From assembly GCF_036321535.1 (NCBI RefSeq), contig NC_087444.1, positions 73,904,001-73,968,000 of the forward strand: DNA of 64,000 nucleotides, in the 5' to 3' direction. Source of the stretch: Camelus dromedarius. Lineage: Eukaryota. Positions 15,308-27,609 of this stretch are shown piece after piece. Each line of letters opens with the position of its first letter. Within the stretch, counting starts at the first letter, position 1. Position numbers and translations under genes: made by a program. The notes beneath the pieces are model-generated. The model saw nothing but the letters and a program-made list of their open reading frames with translations. It was not told the DNA's origin and ran no database searches.

Positions 15308-17763
15308 TCACACTTCAGTGACCATATGTTTCCCAGGGGGTGCCCAGAGTGGAGGTGGTAGCTCAGGCACCTCTCGATCCACCAAACCCCCATTGACCTT
15401 GCCCTCCAGTGGGCCACAGGGCTGTGTGTCCACATGGCTGAACATCCCAGCCTCTTCACCCTCTGTCTCCCGGTGGTAAAAGTAGCTGAAGTTGGAGACA
15501 ATAACTGGAACAGGCAGGGAAATGGTCAGCACGCCTGCGATGGCGCACAGAGAGCCCACTATCTTGCCACCCACAGTGACGGGTGCCATGTCTCCATAGC
15601 CAACTGTGGTCATGGTGACCACTGCCCACCAGAAGGACTCAGGGATGCTGGTGAAATGGGAGTCTGCCCGGTCAACCTCAGCAAAGTAGACTGCGCTGGA
15701 GAAGAGGACCACACCAATGAAGAGGAAGAAGATGAGGAGGCCCAGCTCACGCATGGAGGCTCGTAGGGTCTGGCCCAAGATCTGCAGGCCCTTGGAGTGT
15801 CGGGACAGCTTGAAGATGCGGAAGACGCGCACTAGTCGGATGACTCGAAGGATGGCCAATGACATGGCTGGCTGGCCCACCCCCCGCTGCCGGGCCAGCT
15901 CAGTACCCAGTGCCACAAAATAGGGCAGGATGGCCACGAAATCGATGAGGTTCATCACATTCTTGAAGAAGGCTGTCTTGCTTGGGCAGGTTGCCAGGCG
16001 CACCAGCAGCTCGAAGGAGAACCAACAGATGCACAACGTCTCCACCACAAAGAACGGGTCATCGAAGGGCAAGCGAGGTGTGGGTCCAGGCACTGGGCTG
16101 GAGCCGTTCAGTCGAGCCGGGAACTGTAGGGAGGAAGAGATTCAGGGAGGACCATGCCAGGGCTGGGACACACTGGAATGGCCATATTCAATGTTTAAAT
16201 ATTCAACTACTTCTTTAAAAATTGGTCAATAGCTGCTTTCCCTAGAACCCCAGTGACCCAGCTGTCACAGACTCCTTCCCAGGACCACAGGGATCATCCC
16301 TGGAAGGCTGACTTTAGGTTCCTTGATCCTTCACTGGCAAGGCCTCCTGAAATGATGCTTGAGTAGGGCTGAACCCCTTCCCTCCCAAAATCTGGCCCCC
16401 AGCTGATTTTCCAGATGAGGGGGGCCCCGCCCTGGCCCCACTCCCTTGTGCCCTGCCCTCCCCAAACCCAGTCCAGACCTTATCTGTATGTCAAAATCCG
16501 GGCCCCTCCTCTCACTGCTCTCAGTTTGACTTTCTTTATGATGGAGTCTTCTTGACCCAGCCCTTAAGCCCCATCCATCATCTTCAGCTCCTTCAGCCGC
16601 TTTCAGGACCCAGATCTCTCCACCTCCAGCTCATCCTTACCATTGGGAACTGCCAGCCATATAGACCCCTTATTTTTCAGGCTCCCCTTAAATTTGCGAG
16701 GGGAGATAATTAGGTTTATTTATTTTAAGTGGTGGTACTGGGGGTTGAACACGGGATCTCATCCATGCTAAGCATGCGCCCTACCACTGAGCTATACCCT
16801 CCCTCTCAGTTTCGATTTCTTAATGTACCTGTCCTCCAGCCCTCCTGCCCTCCACAAGCCATGTTTCTCCCCTACCTCATCTCCCCCCTTCAGATAGGGC
16901 AGGTCCTCCTAGCCAGATCCTCAGGCTATATCTTCTTGCCCCCAGCCCATTTTTTCACGGTAGAGCCCCCTGGTCAGGCACTACCCCTGGGTTGCCCACC
17001 TCTCACGGCCCCTTGCCCATCTATGATTGGCTAGGTCTTCCCACCCAGGCCCCCCAATGCCCTGACCACCCAGATCCAGGCCCCACCTTCCTGAGATGCC
17101 CCGCCTCCCATTGCCCCTTACCCCATCTTATGATTGGTCAGGTCCCTGTGGACCCCGTCTAGCTCCTCCCAAACCCCGCCTCTTCCCATTCAGGCCCCGC
17201 CCCCTCACCGGGCCAGCGGCAGCCACCGCGGCGAGCCCCGGGTTGTCGCGGTCATCGCGGAAGTCGGGCAGTGTCTCGAGGCAGAAGACGACGATGGAGA
17301 CAAGGATGACAAGCACAGAGACGACGGCGAGCACGCGCGCGGCCTGCGAGCTCTCGGGGAACTCGAAGAGCAGCCAGAGCTGGCGCGCAAAGGCGCGGCG
17401 GGGCAGTGGGCGCTCGGACGGCAAGGGGCAGCCCTCGTCCTCGCGCAGGCGCGCTAGCGCCGCCGCGCCCAGACCGTAGAAGGCCACCTCCTCCAGGAAG
17501 ACGTCGAGTGGCACGTGCGCCGGCCGCCTCAGCCGGCCGCCGGACTGGTAGTAGTAGAGCACCGCGTCGAAGCTGGGCCGGTGTCGGTCGAAGAAGTACT
17601 CGCGGCGCGCGCCGTCGTAGAAGCGGCTGCGNNNNNNNNNNNNNNNNNNNNNNNNNNNNNNNNNNNNNNNNNNNNNNNNNNNNNNNNNNNNNNNNNNNNN
17701 NNNNNNNNNNNNNNNNNNNNNNNNNNNNNNNNNNNNNNNNNNNNNNNNNNNNNNNNNNNNNNN
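15308..17763 (-). CDS. KCNA7: Voltage-gated potassium channel Kv1.7, 2 exons; start codon inferred inside an N gap
   Basis: Exon 2 at 16123-15308 has S2-S6, S4 [19 protein letters not shown], pore TTVGYGD and C-terminal VTEV*. Exon 1 is visible at 17631-17209 (T1 domain and S1). 44 codons are missing relative to the recalled 456-aa human protein, placing the ATG near 17763 in gap 17632-17803. Confidence 0.97.
16700..16802 (-). mobile_element. tRNA-Ala-derived camelid SINE in KCNA7 intron
   Basis: Reverse strand GGGGTATAGCTCAGTGGTAGGGCGCATGCTTAGCATGG...GTTCAACCCCCAGTACC with tail AAATAAATAAACCTAATTA. Confidence 0.9.
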
Positions 17764-17840
17764 NNNNNNNNNNNNNNNNNNNNNNNNNNNNNNNNNNNNN
17801 NNNCCCGACGCCCGACCCGGCCCGGCCCGGCCCCTCCTCG

Positions 17841-17860
17841 GCCGCCGCCGCCGCCGCCGC
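17841..17860. repeat. (GCC)6 / (GGC)n repeat in the KCNA7 5' region
   Basis: Read directly, inside the CpG island 17200-18010. Confidence 0.85.
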
Positions 17861-18964
17861 CCCAGCCTGGTGTCCGGTGTCCACGCGTAAAAATAGCCCG
17901 GCCGTGCGGCCAGGGCGCGGGGGAGGGGGCGCCGTGACCCTGGCGGGGCAGAGGGCGGCCGCGCGCCCTCTGCCGGGGCGCCCGCCCCTTCCCCCAAGCC
18001 GCCGCCGGGCTGTGCTTTCTCCGAGTCCATCCAGTCTTCACATCCCCTTTCCCTCTGTCTCTCTGTCGCCTGCGATCTCTGTCCTGCGTCTCTCCGGATT
18101 TCCATGTGTGTCTCGTCTATTTTTTTTTAATGAGTATCTGAGTCCCTCTGTTGCAGTCACAAATTTCCATCTCTTTCTGTCTCTGTCTGTCTCTCTCCTC
18201 TTGTATGCCTCCGCATCTAGCTATGTATCCTTCTGTATTTCTGACCTCAGGAATGTATCTCTGAGTATCTCAACGGGTCATTTATCTCTGAGTTTTGCCG
18301 TTCTAGGGTCACCTGTGCCTGGGGATTCCTGTCAGTCTCTGTGTCTTGGTCTCTCGGAATCTCCGTCTTCGTTTTGATTCTTGGATCTCTGTCTGTTTAT
18401 CTCTTGTCTCCCTTGGACTCTGTCTCTTCTCTGGGTCTCTTTTCTCTCATTATCGTTCAGCCCTTTGGGTCTTTCTTTCCCTGTATCTCTGAATTACTGC
18501 AAGTCTCTGTCTCAGGGCCTCTGGAGGACTCAGGGTCTCCGGAGTCCTATCTCTGAATCTCTCTCTGTCCATCATTCGAGGTTGATTCTGCCACATCCTG
18601 GTGGTGGCCCCATCCTAGGGACGCTCCAGCAGCTGCGATCACAAGCATGTGCCCCCCCCCCACACACACACACCGGGTCCCCTCGCTCGGGTCTCCCCCG
18701 GGATCTCCACCTGAAGACGTTCTGACCCAGCAAGGCCTGGGCCGTAGCCCTGAATAGTGCAAAAGGAGACCGGGCCTACCAGGAACAGGTGGGGGGTGGG
18801 CTGGAGAGATGCCGCAGGGTCACTCAAAGGGGCCGAAGGACAGACAGACGATGGCCTTCCAGCCACCGGTGTCCTATGACACCGCTTAAAAATAGCCCCT
18901 TCGGATGCGCTTGAGGGGAACTGGTGCGGATTGGTCACCCGGACTCCAAGGAATGAGGCCCTAG

Positions 18965-18978
18965 GCGCCCTCTGCTGG
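18965..18978 (-). promoter_or_regulatory. CTCF core motif
   Basis: CCAGCAGAGGGCGC on the minus strand matches CCASYAGRKGGCRS. Confidence 0.6.
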
Positions 18979-20080
18979 AGGAGTGGAGAGAGACACTAAA
19001 GGTCTTTCTCCTTCCCTCTCTGGTCAGCCCCCTTTCTCCTCTGTCTTCTCTATTTTCTCATTCTCAGAACCTACAGAGACCCCTCTTTGTGGGTTTCTGA
19101 ACTCTCTGTGTGAACTGACCCCTCCTCCTCCCTGCACCTGCCGCCTGTCTCTTACACCCTCCTACCACTGAGCCTGGCGGTGGGTGTTCCTTTTTGCCCT
19201 TTCCAGACAACTCTCCCTCTCTCAGCCCCTTTGAAGCTCAAGTTATCCATGGACACCTCTTCCCAGCCTTCCCTAAAGAACTCATCCCTTCCCCTTCTGG
19301 CCACTCCCACTCTCCCGTAGAAGATTTTAGATCCTGGCTCCACATCCATCCCTTTAAAACTACTGTCATGACTTTTAGTCATTTTAATAGCCCCATAGAT
19401 GATTCTGCCAAAACCTGGCCTGTGATGGATTGTCTTTTCCTAAAAGGGCCATATTTTTTGTGCTACAGTATAGTCCAAACCTCGCCCTATCTTGTGGAGT
19501 CTTTGTCCCCGGCTTTTGGTGAGTCCTTCAACTAATAGACCACCTCATAAGGAACACTGTGTGATTTCTGAGGTTAGAGCCTAAAGGGCAACTTTCCACC
19601 CCACCCTTTTCCTTGGGACACTTGTGCAAAGCCTACATGGAGAGGACCCTAGGTTCCCGGGTCCTGACTGGACTCACAGCTGATTACCAGCACTGGCCGG
19701 CAGTCACGTGACTGAGCAGTCTTAGAAGAACGTCCTCCCACCCAGCGGGCTACCTGCCCTGATGCTTCTGGAGCAGAGATAAGCCTTCCCCCTCCAAGCC
19801 CTGCCAGATCGCAGGCTTGGGGGCTAAATAAATGATCTTTGTTGTTTTCAGTCACCCAGTCTTTGGGTGGTTGGTTACACACACCACAATAATAGATAAT
19901 CCGAACATGGCCCGTCGGTACTCTGAGCCCATCATCTCTATCCATCCTGCCCTTCACCCTACCCCAGTCTCTTCCTTCTTTCTCTCCTTCTTTCCTTTTT
20001 TCTTTCCTTCCTTCCTTCCTTTTCTTAAGTTTTATTGAGCTCCAATTCATTTACCATAAATTTACCCATTTAAAGTATAC

Positions 20081-20526
20081 GACACAAAAGAATGAAATAA
20101 TACCATTTGCAGTAACATAGATTGACTTAGAGATGATCATACTTAGTGAAGAAAGTCAGACAAAGACAAATATCATATGGTATTACTTACATGTGGAATC
20201 TTTAAAAAAAAATGACACAAATGAGCTTATGTACCAAACAGAAACAGACACAGACATAGAAAACAAACTCATGGTTACCAAAGGGGAAAGGGTGGGGGTT
20301 AAGGGATAAATTAGGAATTTGATATGAGAAGATACACACTACTAGATACAGAATAGATAAACTACAAGGTCCTACTGTAGAGCACAGGGAACTATAGTCA
20401 ATACCTGGTAATAACCCATAATGAAAAAGAAGATAACTGAAAAAGTACATAACTGAATCACTATGCTGTACAACAGAAACTAACACAACATTGTAAATCA
20501 ACTATACTTCAATTTAAAAAAATAAA
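20081..20526 (+). mobile_element. 5'-truncated LINE-1 3' end, nested in an older inverted L1M fragment
   Basis: ORF2 tail GAATGAAATAATACCATTTGCAG, a typical artiodactyl L1 3' UTR and an A tail. Target-site duplication AAAGTATACGACACAA / AAAGTGTGTGACACAA. Confidence 0.85.
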
Positions 20527-21149
20527 GTGTGTGACACAATGACTTTTTCTCTATTCATAAGACTTGTGCTTCCATCACCACAATCAGTTTTAGAACATTT
20601 CTGTTGTCCCCCCAAAGAAATTCTGCACCGGTTCTCTGTCATGGTTCCCACTGTTCCATAGTCCACCAATAAAGTCACTCTCTTGTGCATGTCTTTACCT
20701 CCTTTGCCTATGACCCCCTCCAGGGCACTGTTGGGGCCAAATCTTCACCCTAGTAAATCTTCTCACTTACTTCGTGCCTTCCCAGGGGGCCCTGAGGGGG
20801 GCTGGACCCCTGCCTGCCACCCTGCTCCAGGTTCCTCGTCATTGTACCCTCAGCTCCCTCAAGATGGTTGTTACCCATCTTCCTTCTCCTCAAACCCCCA
20901 CAACACCCAGGCCCTCCTCACCCTCATTTAGTCAGCAGGTCCGCTCACACCTCATTCCCCTGAAAACACAGAAGCTGCCAGAACACTTTATTTCCCCACA
21001 GCTCATTCTGTCAGCTGCCCAGATGCTCTGCTTTTCATCCATCCCACCAGACCCAAGACCAACGTCTTGCTTTGTGTCTGGGGTCCCTTTTTCCTGTTCT
21101 ACCTGCAGACTCTGCTCCAGTCATCACTCCTAATTCTCCTGTGTCATTT

Positions 21150-21639
21150 GTATGAGAGGCAGAATTATGCCTTCCCCTGCCCCCTGCAAAGATGTCCATG
21201 TCCTAATCCTGGAACTTTAGGATATTTTATGTAGCAAAAGGGACTTTATGGATTTGATTAAATTAATTTTGAGTTAGGGAGACTATCGCAGATGATCTGG
21301 ATGTGCCCATTGTAACACAAGGGTCCTTATAAGAGGGAGGCAGGAAGGTCAGATTCATAGATGATGTGAGGATAGAAGCAGAGGTCAGAGCGGAGAGAAG
21401 ATGCTACACTGCTGACTTTGAAGATGGAGGAAGGGACCATGAGCCAGGGAATGTAAGTGGCTCCTAGAAGCTGAAGAAGGCAAGGAAATGAATTCTCTCC
21501 TAGAGCATCCAGAAGGAACATAGCCCTGTGGACCCATTTTAGAATTCTCACCTCCAGAACTATATCATAATAAACGCATGTGGTTTTAAGCCACGAAGTT
21601 TGTGGGAATTTGTTACAGCAGCAATAGGAAACTAACACA
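21150..21639 (+). mobile_element. MaLR solo LTR (MLT1D-like)
   Basis: TG...CA ends; AGATGTCCATGTCCTAATCC, CCTTATAAGAGGGAGGCAG and GTTACAGCAGCAATAGGAAACTAACACA motifs. Confidence 0.85.
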
Positions 21640-21689
21640 GATGGTTCCCCATTCCTCAGTATCATTCCTGTCATTCCTGGGCTATAATA

Positions 21690-22740
21690 AAATCATTTTG
21701 TTTTAATTTGGAAATATTTTCAGACTCACAAAAGAGTTGAAAGATAACAGAGAGTTCGTGATACCCTTCTCCCAGTTTCCCACTCATGTTAACAACTTAC
21801 ATTGTTGTGGTTTGTTTGTTAAAATGAAGGAACTGATGAGGAAACTGACATTGGTACAATACTATTGACTACATGATGCTCAGATTGCCTCGGTTTTTTT
21901 CCATTCATGTCCTTTCTCCATTCCAGGATCCAATCCAGGATTCCATATGGCATTTAACTGTCATACCCTCTTAGTCCCCTGCAATTCTGCAGTCATTTCT
22001 TACTTTTTCCTTGTCTTCAATGACCTCAACATTTTGAAGATTACTGGTCAGTTACTCTGTACTGCTCCTCAATTTACATTTATTTGGTCTTTTATATTTA
22101 TTGTTTGTTTTTTATTTATTATTATTTTTATTGAAGTGTATTCAGTTTACAATGTTGTGTTAATTTCTGGTGTACGGCACAGTGATTCAAATATATATTT
22201 ATATATATTCCTTTTCATATTCTTTTTCACTAGAGGCTATTACAAGGTACTGAATACTGTGCTATACAGTAGGACCTTGTTGTTTATCTATTTTATATAT
22301 AGTAGTTAGCATCTGCAAATCCTGAATTCTCAATTTATTCATCCACTTCCCCTCCTTTCCCTGGTAGCCATTAGTTTGTTTTCTATGTCTGTGATTGTTT
22401 TTGTGTTGTAAATAAGTTCATTTGTGTCATTTTTTTATATTCCACATATAAATGATATTATATGATATTTGTCTTTCTCTGACTTACTTCTTTGGTGTTT
22501 TATATTGATTAGATTGAGATTACAGAGGTTTTTGGGGGGAAGAGGGAAAATGGGAGGTGAAGTTCTCTTCTCATCACATCAAACTGGAGGCATAAGATTC
22601 TGATATATCTTACACGAGTGATGTTAATTTTGATCATTTGGTTAGGGTAGCATCTGCTAGGTTTCTCCATTGGAGTTATTACTGTTTTCCCTTTGTAATT
22701 AGTGAGTATTTGGGGAAGCCACTTGTTTTGTTCTGTCAAG
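21690..22740 (-). mobile_element. Ancient L1M 3' UTR fragment interrupted by a younger L1 3' end (22110-22490, minus)
   Basis: L1MC-type text resumes after 22490. The younger piece is the reverse complement of the L1 end at 20081-20526. Confidence 0.7.
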
Positions 22741-22988
22741 TTTATTGAGGTTTAATTTACATGCAATAAAATTTACCCTTAATAGTGTACACCTCTATGA
22801 ATTTTGGCCATGTATAGAGTCAGGTAACTGCCACTACAATAAGAATAAAAAACACATCTGTCCCTCTTTCAAAGTTCCCTCCTTCCCTTTGTAGTCAACT
22901 GCTTCCCCCACTTCCAGCTCTTGGAAACTAATGCTCTGCTTTCTCTCCCTCTGTCCTTGTAGTTTTGCCTTTTCCAGAACATCAAATA

Positions 22989-23201
22989 TAGTTGACCTTG
23001 AACAATGCTCAAGGTTGGTTAGGAGCTTGGACAGTACATGCAGTTGAAAATCTGAGTGCACGTGGTTCCTCCACACCCACGGTTCCACATCCAGGGATTC
23101 AACCAACTGGATGGTTCAGTACTGCAGCTGTTACTCTTGAAAACAATCCACATATGAGTGAACCTGTGCAGTTCAGACTCGTGTTGTTTATGGGTCAACT
23201 G
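22989..23201. mobile_element. Tigger-derived MITE
   Basis: Terminal inverted repeats TAGTTGACCTTGAACAA / TTGTTTATGGGTCAACTG flanked by TA at 22987-22988 and 23202-23203. Confidence 0.8.
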
Positions 23202-23330
23202 TAAGTGATATCATACAGTACAGAGCCTTTTCAATATGGCTTCTTACACTTAGCATAATGCATGGAAGACTGGTTCTTTTCTGCTGCACGTATCAGTTAT
23301 TTTTCCTTCTTTTTAAAATTTTTGTTATTA

Positions 23331-23413
23331 TTTTTTTTAATGGAGGCACTGGGGATGGAACCCAGGACCTTCTGCATGCTAAGCATGCACTCTACCATCA
23401 GCTATACCCTCCC
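23331..23413 (-). mobile_element. tRNA-Ala-derived camelid SINE
   Basis: Reverse-strand A box, B box and CTTAGCA loop, with poly(T) on +. Confidence 0.9.
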
Positions 23414-23520
23414 TCTGGTAGTTCTTTCCTTCTTAACGCTCAGTACTATTCCAAGTTATGAGCGTGTGTCCATCTATTTATCCATTCACTGTAGGAAGGA
23501 CATTTGAATTTCATTTCATT

Positions 23521-23648
23521 TTTTTAATGCCTTTTTTTGGAGGGGAGGAGGCAATTAGGTTTATTTATTTTAATGGCGGTACTGAGGATTGAACCCAGGA
23601 CCTTGAACATGCTAGGCATAAGCTTTACCATTGAGCTATACCCTCCCC
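23521..23648 (-). mobile_element. tRNA-Ala-derived camelid SINE
   Basis: Same family; has the AAATAAATAAACCTAATTGCCTCC tail. Confidence 0.9.
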
Positions 23649-23689
23649 AACTTAATATATTTTCTACCTTAAAAAAAAAAAAAACCTTC

Positions 23690-24330
23690 CTTGCCTCTAC
23701 TTTCCTCTTCCACTATTATTGCTTCTCTCTGCTCCCTTGGCAGCAAAGCTTCTCTAAAGGTTTTTCCCTACCCGAGGTTTCTACTTCATCTCCCATCATC
23801 TTGTCAAGGCCATCTACCGTGGCCAAACCTCAGTCCTTATGGTCCTGCATTTCTCAGCAGCATGAGACACACTGAACACTGTCTTCTTGAAGCACTTTCC
23901 TTCTTGGCTTCCTGGACACCTGACTCTCCTGGGTTTTCTCCTACATTTGCCATCACTCCCCCTCATCTCCTTTACGGGGTCTTCCTGCTTTATCTGAGCT
24001 CTGATGGAGGGCCTTGGGACTCAGTTCTCAGACTTCTTCCTTTATCCATCCTTTCTCCCCTCCTAGCTGAGTCCATCCAGTCACATGGCTTCAAATGCTA
24101 TCTCTACACCAATGACTTCCAAATATAGGTTTCCAGCCTCAAACTCTTCCATGATTGTCATATCTTCCAACTTTCAAGGCCATAGCTCCACCTGAGTGTC
24201 AGACATCTTTGGTATGTCCAAACCCAGAACTCCTCCTCGACCATTACATGTCTTTCCTCTCTAAATCAATGGCACCATCAATGAGCCAGTTGATTAGTCA
24301 ACAAATCTAGGAGCGAGGATTATTATTAAG
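23690..24330 (+). mobile_element. L2 LINE fragment
   Basis: L2-type text (CTTCCTTCTTGGCTTCCTGGACACC, ATCCAGTCACATGGCTTCAAAT). Further L2 pieces at ~25462-25660, 26600-27030, 30690-31420, 33100-33290, 40950-41620, 45050-46085 and 48210-48900. Confidence 0.6.
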
Positions 24331-24761
24331 GGAAGATCAACTTCATTTAAATGTTTTCATTAAACTTGTTATTTTGAAATCATTTCAGACTTACAGGAAA
24401 GTTGCCAAAAACGGTACAGAATTCCCATATATCCTTCACCCATCTTTCACCAATGTCAACTTCTTTCATAACCATACTACAATAATTTGTCAGGAAATTA
24501 ACAATAATATAATGCTGTTAACCAATAATGCTACAAACCTTATTTGAATCTCACCAGTTTTCCACTAGTGTTCTTTTTCCAGGTCAGAATCTTCTCCAGG
24601 ATCCCACATTGCATTTAGTTCTCCTTAATTTCCTCTAAGTATTATTTTTAACATCCCTCTTTTCCATACACTCTAATTCCACTCCTATAGCAACTGAATA
24701 AGTGAGCCCTACCGTCACAATACATCCTGAATCTCATCACTCCTTTCCACCCCACTGCTAC

Positions 24762-25461
24762 TGTGATGGAGGAAGACACTACGGGGTCTTCTTAGGACAG
24801 ACTCCCCACCATCTCCTCTGCCTGCTTTTTGTCTGTACAAAAACTTTAGCCAAAGAATAAATTTAACCAGAAAAAAATGAAAAATGAAGAAGCAAAGAAA
24901 AGCAGTCAAACAGGACAAAATAATAACAATTTCATCATTAAACACACTCAAGAACCTTTAGTTCCTCCTCAAGGGCTATAGTTAGTATTCTGAGCTATAT
25001 TTTTGGAGCCGTTTTGCAGATACTGAAACCCCCACCAGGTGGAAGAAGTTACCTACATGATAACCAGACTGTAGCCATGACAAGCTGATCCATCTTGCAC
25101 AATTTCAAGAACTGTCCTCAAAGAAATGGGAAAAACCCAGTCCTGGAACTAAAGATTAACTGCACTTAAAACAATCAAGATGACACTGATCAGACCACCA
25201 CAGGACTAACTTCAAGACAATTGTCAGACCTGACTGTGCTGTTCTGCATGTAGCCCCCTCCCTCTGCATATACACCCCAGAGACTCCCCTTTAAAAGCTC
25301 TTGTCCCCTGATTGGCAACTGCAAGTTGGCTTTTCTCCATAAGTCCACCTCCTCCCCAGGTTGCTGGCCTCCTGAATAAAGCAACTTTTCCTTTCCTACC
25401 AACACCTGTCTCTCCAGTATTGGCTTTCAAGCAGTAAGCAGCCAAAGTGAGTTGGGTAACA
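24762..25461 (+). mobile_element. ERV1-class solo LTR (700 bp) inserted in L2
   Basis: TG...CA ends, 4-bp target-site duplication CTAC/CTAT, TATA-like TTTAAAA 25290-25296, AATAAA 25375-25380. L2 sequence continues on both sides. Confidence 0.8.
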
Positions 25462-27049
25462 CTATCATCTCAGGCCAAGCCACCATCTCTCCCCTGGAAA
25501 TTGTAGCCTTCTAAGCATCTACTGTTCTTCTTCAGCCTCTTCTCTACGTTTTTTTTTCTGTCCATCCACCTCCTCCTCCTGAAATGATCTTTTAAGAATG
25601 TAAATTAGGTCTGTCCTCCTGATCAAAACTCTTTAGATACTTCCTATTTCATTTCAAATAAAATCTGTCCTCTCCCCCAGGTAACACTTGATTCAGTCAA
25701 GGATCAGCAATGGCTGCTACAACCATGGGGTGAGAGATGCTTGGGGAACAGAATATTTGCCCAGTGGCAGAGTCTCACTGCTCAGATTACCAAAGGGAAA
25801 ATGTATCTTTACAAGGAGAGATCTGGCAGTTAGCTCCTTGACCAGGTGACCAAACTCAGCATCATAATAGGGGGACCTCCTGACATTATGCACCTCCCAG
25901 ATGTGATGCAAATACAAAGCCTGCAGTATCACCATGGAAGCGTTCTTGCCAAAAATGCTCAATGTCAGTCTATTCAAAGCTTCCAACTCAATTTTCATTT
26001 TATAGGCAAAACAGGGGTAGTGGAATAAACTAAACACGAGGAAACAATCAGACAAATCCAGAATGTGGGACATTCTACTGGAAACTGCTCTGAACTCTGG
26101 GGAAAAACCAACAACTAATGAGAAAAAAAGTGTGTAGGTGTACATGCGTGTATCTATTCTATATTAAAAGAGACTAAAGAGATGTGAACCTTGATTGGCT
26201 ACTGGTTCGGATTAAAGCAAAATACTTGTGGGTCAATTGGGAAAATCCGAATAGGGGCTGGATAAATATTCTCAGAGGTGAAAATCGTTTTGCGGTTATG
26301 TAAAAGAATGTTCTTATTCTTAGGAGTTACATGCTGACGCATTTAGAGACGCAGTGCCTCGGCAATTTACTTTCAAATAGCATAAAAGAAAAATATGTTA
26401 TTAAAGCAGATTTAGCTTTTTCTTCAAACTTTTTATTTTGAACGAATTTTAGAATTACAGAAAAGCTCCAAAAAATAGCACAGAATTCTCACATTGATAA
26501 AGCAAATGTGATAAAAAAAATTTTTAAGTAATATGAATTTAGTCATTTAAATTTTGTAATAATTTCTGTAATTATTATTAAACAGGCAATTAAATCTACC
26601 CTCAAAACTTAAAATACTTAACTTCTTACAGGTTTACAGGATCCTAAATAACACGGCCGCCAGCTCTCTGCTCTCACAGCCAACAACATGGGATTCCTAA
26701 ATCAGGGCCTTTGCACTTGCTGTTAACCCCGCCCAGATCTCCCCTCCATCGGGCCTTTGTTCAAAAGTCACCTCTTAAGAAGAGCCTTCCGTTATCACCC
26801 TTTCTAAAATAGACCCTCTTTCACTGCCCAACACCTTACTCTGCCCTGTTTTCCTTTATTGTGCTGGCCACTATCCTAAATTAAATTTATTTTTAAAATG
26901 CCTTTATTGTCTCCCGCAGTACAACGTACGCTCCAAAAAGGAAAAGACTTTGCTTTAGTCACATGCTACAACCCCAGTGGCCAAACACTGCGGAGCACAC
27001 TGCCGGCGCTCGATTACTGATTTAATATGTTAGGTAATCACACTGTTCA

Positions 27050-27609
27050 TGTAGGGACTCTTTGCCAGGCGGCGGAAGGGTATATACCATACAAAACAAT
27101 ATAAGCATGCGCACAAGATCCGGGAAGTGAGTTAGGGAAAGGGGTGGAGCATCGAAAAGGGTCTCGCGGACAGAGGCGGTTGGAGCCCAGAGCGCGAGGT
27201 GAAAAAGCAGAGCGTGGGGAGGAGCGCGCGTGCGCACTACGGACTCCAGCCGGCCGCGGCAAAGGAATTTAAGGTGTCCGAAGGCGGAGCAGTGACCTCG
27301 CGCGTGCGTAGTACCCGCGGCGGCGTCAGAGTCCCTGTGTGTGGGTTGTACTTGACTCGCGCAGCGCGTGCGCAGTGCGGCCGGCGGAGGGATTTGAGGC
27401 TGGTTCCACCCCTTGCCCCTGCCGCGAGCTGGGGCCGCGCGGGCTTGTGAGCAGCGGCCTGGTGCGCGCGGTGGGCGGGCGACAGAGACTGAGGGACGTA
27501 GACCCTGCCAGAGTCGAAGCCAGAGCAGGCGTGCCTATTGCTGAGGGGCTGCCGCAGCCGCCGCGAGCCCTGGGACCGTCGCCAGGCCGAGGAGGGCGCC
27601 GCGCGGCGG
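27050..27609 (+). promoter_or_regulatory. SNRNP70 CpG-island promoter and non-coding exon 1
   Basis: NRF1-type motifs at 27105, 27226, 27364; donor CGG|GTGAGT at 27609/27610. Transcription start not defined. Confidence 0.75.

Noticed and set aside
17128-18377. 325-aa and 323-aa ORFs around KCNA7 exon 1
   Set aside because: They read through the N gap. The minus-strand one is KCNA7 exon 1 with a false upstream start; the other is its antisense shadow.
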